NCBI GenBank assembly: GCA_905178155.1
Contig: CAJINV010000010.1
Span: forward strand, 3,882,599-3,946,598
DNA length: 64,000 nt
Origin: Amoebophrya sp. A120
Lineage: Eukaryota > Protista > Dinoflagellata
Reading direction: 5' to 3'
The notes beneath the pieces are model-generated. The model was not told the origin of the DNA and did no database searches. It saw only the letters and a list, made by a program, of their open reading frames with translations. This document shows, one piece after another, positions 62,601-64,000 of this stretch (the stretch's first letter is position 1; every line of letters begins with the position of its first letter). Both the position numbers and the translations under genes were made by a program.

Positions 62601-64000
62601 AGGCTACCACGCTCTAGTGAAGGACTGGACTGGTTCGTAGGACTGACGTATTTACTGTAGTCACTTTCTGCATTTTCCTGGATTTTATCGGGATGTTCTT
62701 ACACCTTGGAGTCATAAGTTCGCTCTATCCTAGTTGTCCAAGATCGTGCAGCACGCGAGAGCGAACACTTGAAATTACCATAGAGGCGGTGCGTCTGGTA
62801 CGCGTTGGCGGTTTATCACATGTGAAAACGTCAGGACCTGGAAGAAACCAATCTTGTGATGCGCATGTCGGAATTCGGAAAATTCACTCATGCATAGGCA
62901 GTAAGTGTTTCCCTGTTATGTCACCTAAGTCACGAATTTGTCATGCTGAGTCGACACTCCCGACGTTTTTCGAAACCTGTAATGCTGGAGTTTTCATGCC
63001 AGACCTTCGGCTTCGTGCAGAAATAGCCCGACTCTTCCAGGCTCCGAAATTTTTACACTGGAGACTGTCGAGTGGCAGTTTCGGGGGCTGCCGCCTATGG
63101 ATGCGTCAGAGTTGAAATCGTTGAAGTTGAGACAATGTTTTACGCATACAATGCATGTTCGTCGAAACATCGGTTTGAAGTCGACCATTACAAACTTAGA
63201 TAGTCTCTAAATCCGGTCGGTCACGTTGTTTAGGCAGGGAGAAGTGCTGTTTCTCTCTTAGTTTAGCAACTCGAGCTGTAGCTCCAAACAGGCCTACAGT
63301 CGACTTCACTTTTTTATTCTGCGACGCACATAAACTAAGTAGTGCATTTTATGTATTAGAAACGATCTCAATTTTGACGATGTCAACTCAGACCCTCTCA
63401 TACCGTACGTGCACATCGTATGTCGGCGAACGCCGCTCTGGGAGACGCCGACCGACATGGATAAATTTTTGACGACGCAAAACTACTCCACGTCAATGAC
63501 AAATCTCCACATGAAACAGTATGCAGGTGGTAGGATCGAATTGCTTAAAATTGAAAAGAGTTGAAAAATAAAAGCTTGATTTTGTCGATGGGTGCTGGGT
63601 GCTGCATGTATGTCCGACACCGCGGACGAAGCGGCAGGGAGGGCGATTTGGACCGAGTTTCTTTTTTCAAAATCCGCAAACTCGATCTACCACGTACCAT
63701 ACGCGCGTCTGTCGACGGAACATTTGTGGGCGAGATGAGGGCGATCCGGCGGGGAGGCGCTGTAAGAAGAATATGAACGTCTCCGATCGGAAATCTTCAG
63801 GGTACGAAATAGTTTGTAATGCAAAACAGCGAACTCACCTACGACACTCCTTCTAGTCGGCGCACGATGAACTTCCCCGGTACGGAAAACGTTTTGGTCA
63901 TGCTAGTTAGGCGTGGGAGCGGCATTTTGCCATCGGCTCAGCCGTCTAACTCGTAATCCGTAGAAGGATAGTAATCGGCTTTCATGGTGTTGTCTGCAGT
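56637..64000 (+). CDS. Helitron Rep(/helicase) protein, HUH endonuclease region (Helitron_like_N), 3'-truncated by window end
   Basis: Spliced: CPEGCGFGLLEGETSGMCCSGRG; YDAISYPLLFPFG; EEYYIAQYLARE; MLPRDHLGSAAYVREM; DFITMTTNLRWREI; RAFRWRLRQFLADLKKGVYG; AVEWQFRGLPHVHIV; TPTDMDKFL. Exons before 57787 are less certain. Confidence 0.85.
56688..56994. mobile_element. introner family B
   Basis: TIRs; ACGGC direct repeat. Confidence 0.88.
57993..63722. mobile_element. series of about 18 mostly diverged introners inside the Helitron gene
   Basis: 57993-58206, 58288-58558, 58705-58853, 58902-58995, 59607-59809, 59854-60094, 60123-60407, 60435-60696, 60855-61108, 61231-61490, 61507-61672, 61709-61988, 62020-62131, 62210-62454, 62503-62782, 62814-63064, 63096-63402, 63484-63722. 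Confidence 0.75.

Noticed and set aside
56637-64000. Helitron Rep as the enzyme that mobilises the introners
   Set aside because: TIRs with 5-bp TSDs point to cut-and-paste transposases; Helitrons make no TSD; nothing here links them beyond co-location
1-64000. tRNA, rRNA or dinoflagellate spliced-leader relics
   Set aside because: None recognised by eye; a covariance-model search would be needed to exclude them

Overview
Eukaryotic nuclear DNA, gene-dense, with about 14 protein-coding genes all on the + strand. The genes are split by roughly 55-60 short (about 95-410 bp) non-canonical introns. These look like MITE-type elements: TAT...ATA terminal inverted repeats from at least 8 families, 5-bp flanking direct repeats, and a shared internal GCATNACAA motif. 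The architecture matches the inverted-repeat 'introner' introns reported for the parasitic dinoflagellate relative Amoebophrya (Syndiniales); the taxon is my inference. Removing the elements by hand restores a 2OG-Fe(II) oxygenase, an RWD-RING-H2 protein, a MYCBP-like protein, a family X DNA polymerase, TRAPPC1/Bet5, a cluster of secreted Cys-rich/lectin-like proteins and a BTB-SPRY protein. It also restores an apparently intact Helitron Rep (HUH) gene in the last 7 kb, invisible in the ORF track and split by about 18 old introners. Conserved residues there fix the splice junction 1 nt before TAT and 4 nt after ATA, even where the direct repeat has decayed. Also present are a Helitron-like insert and a 2.9-kb foldback element nested inside introners, and GC-rich cassettes flanked by 45-59 bp direct repeats. 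All coordinates were read by eye, and exon boundaries are inferred without transcript data.
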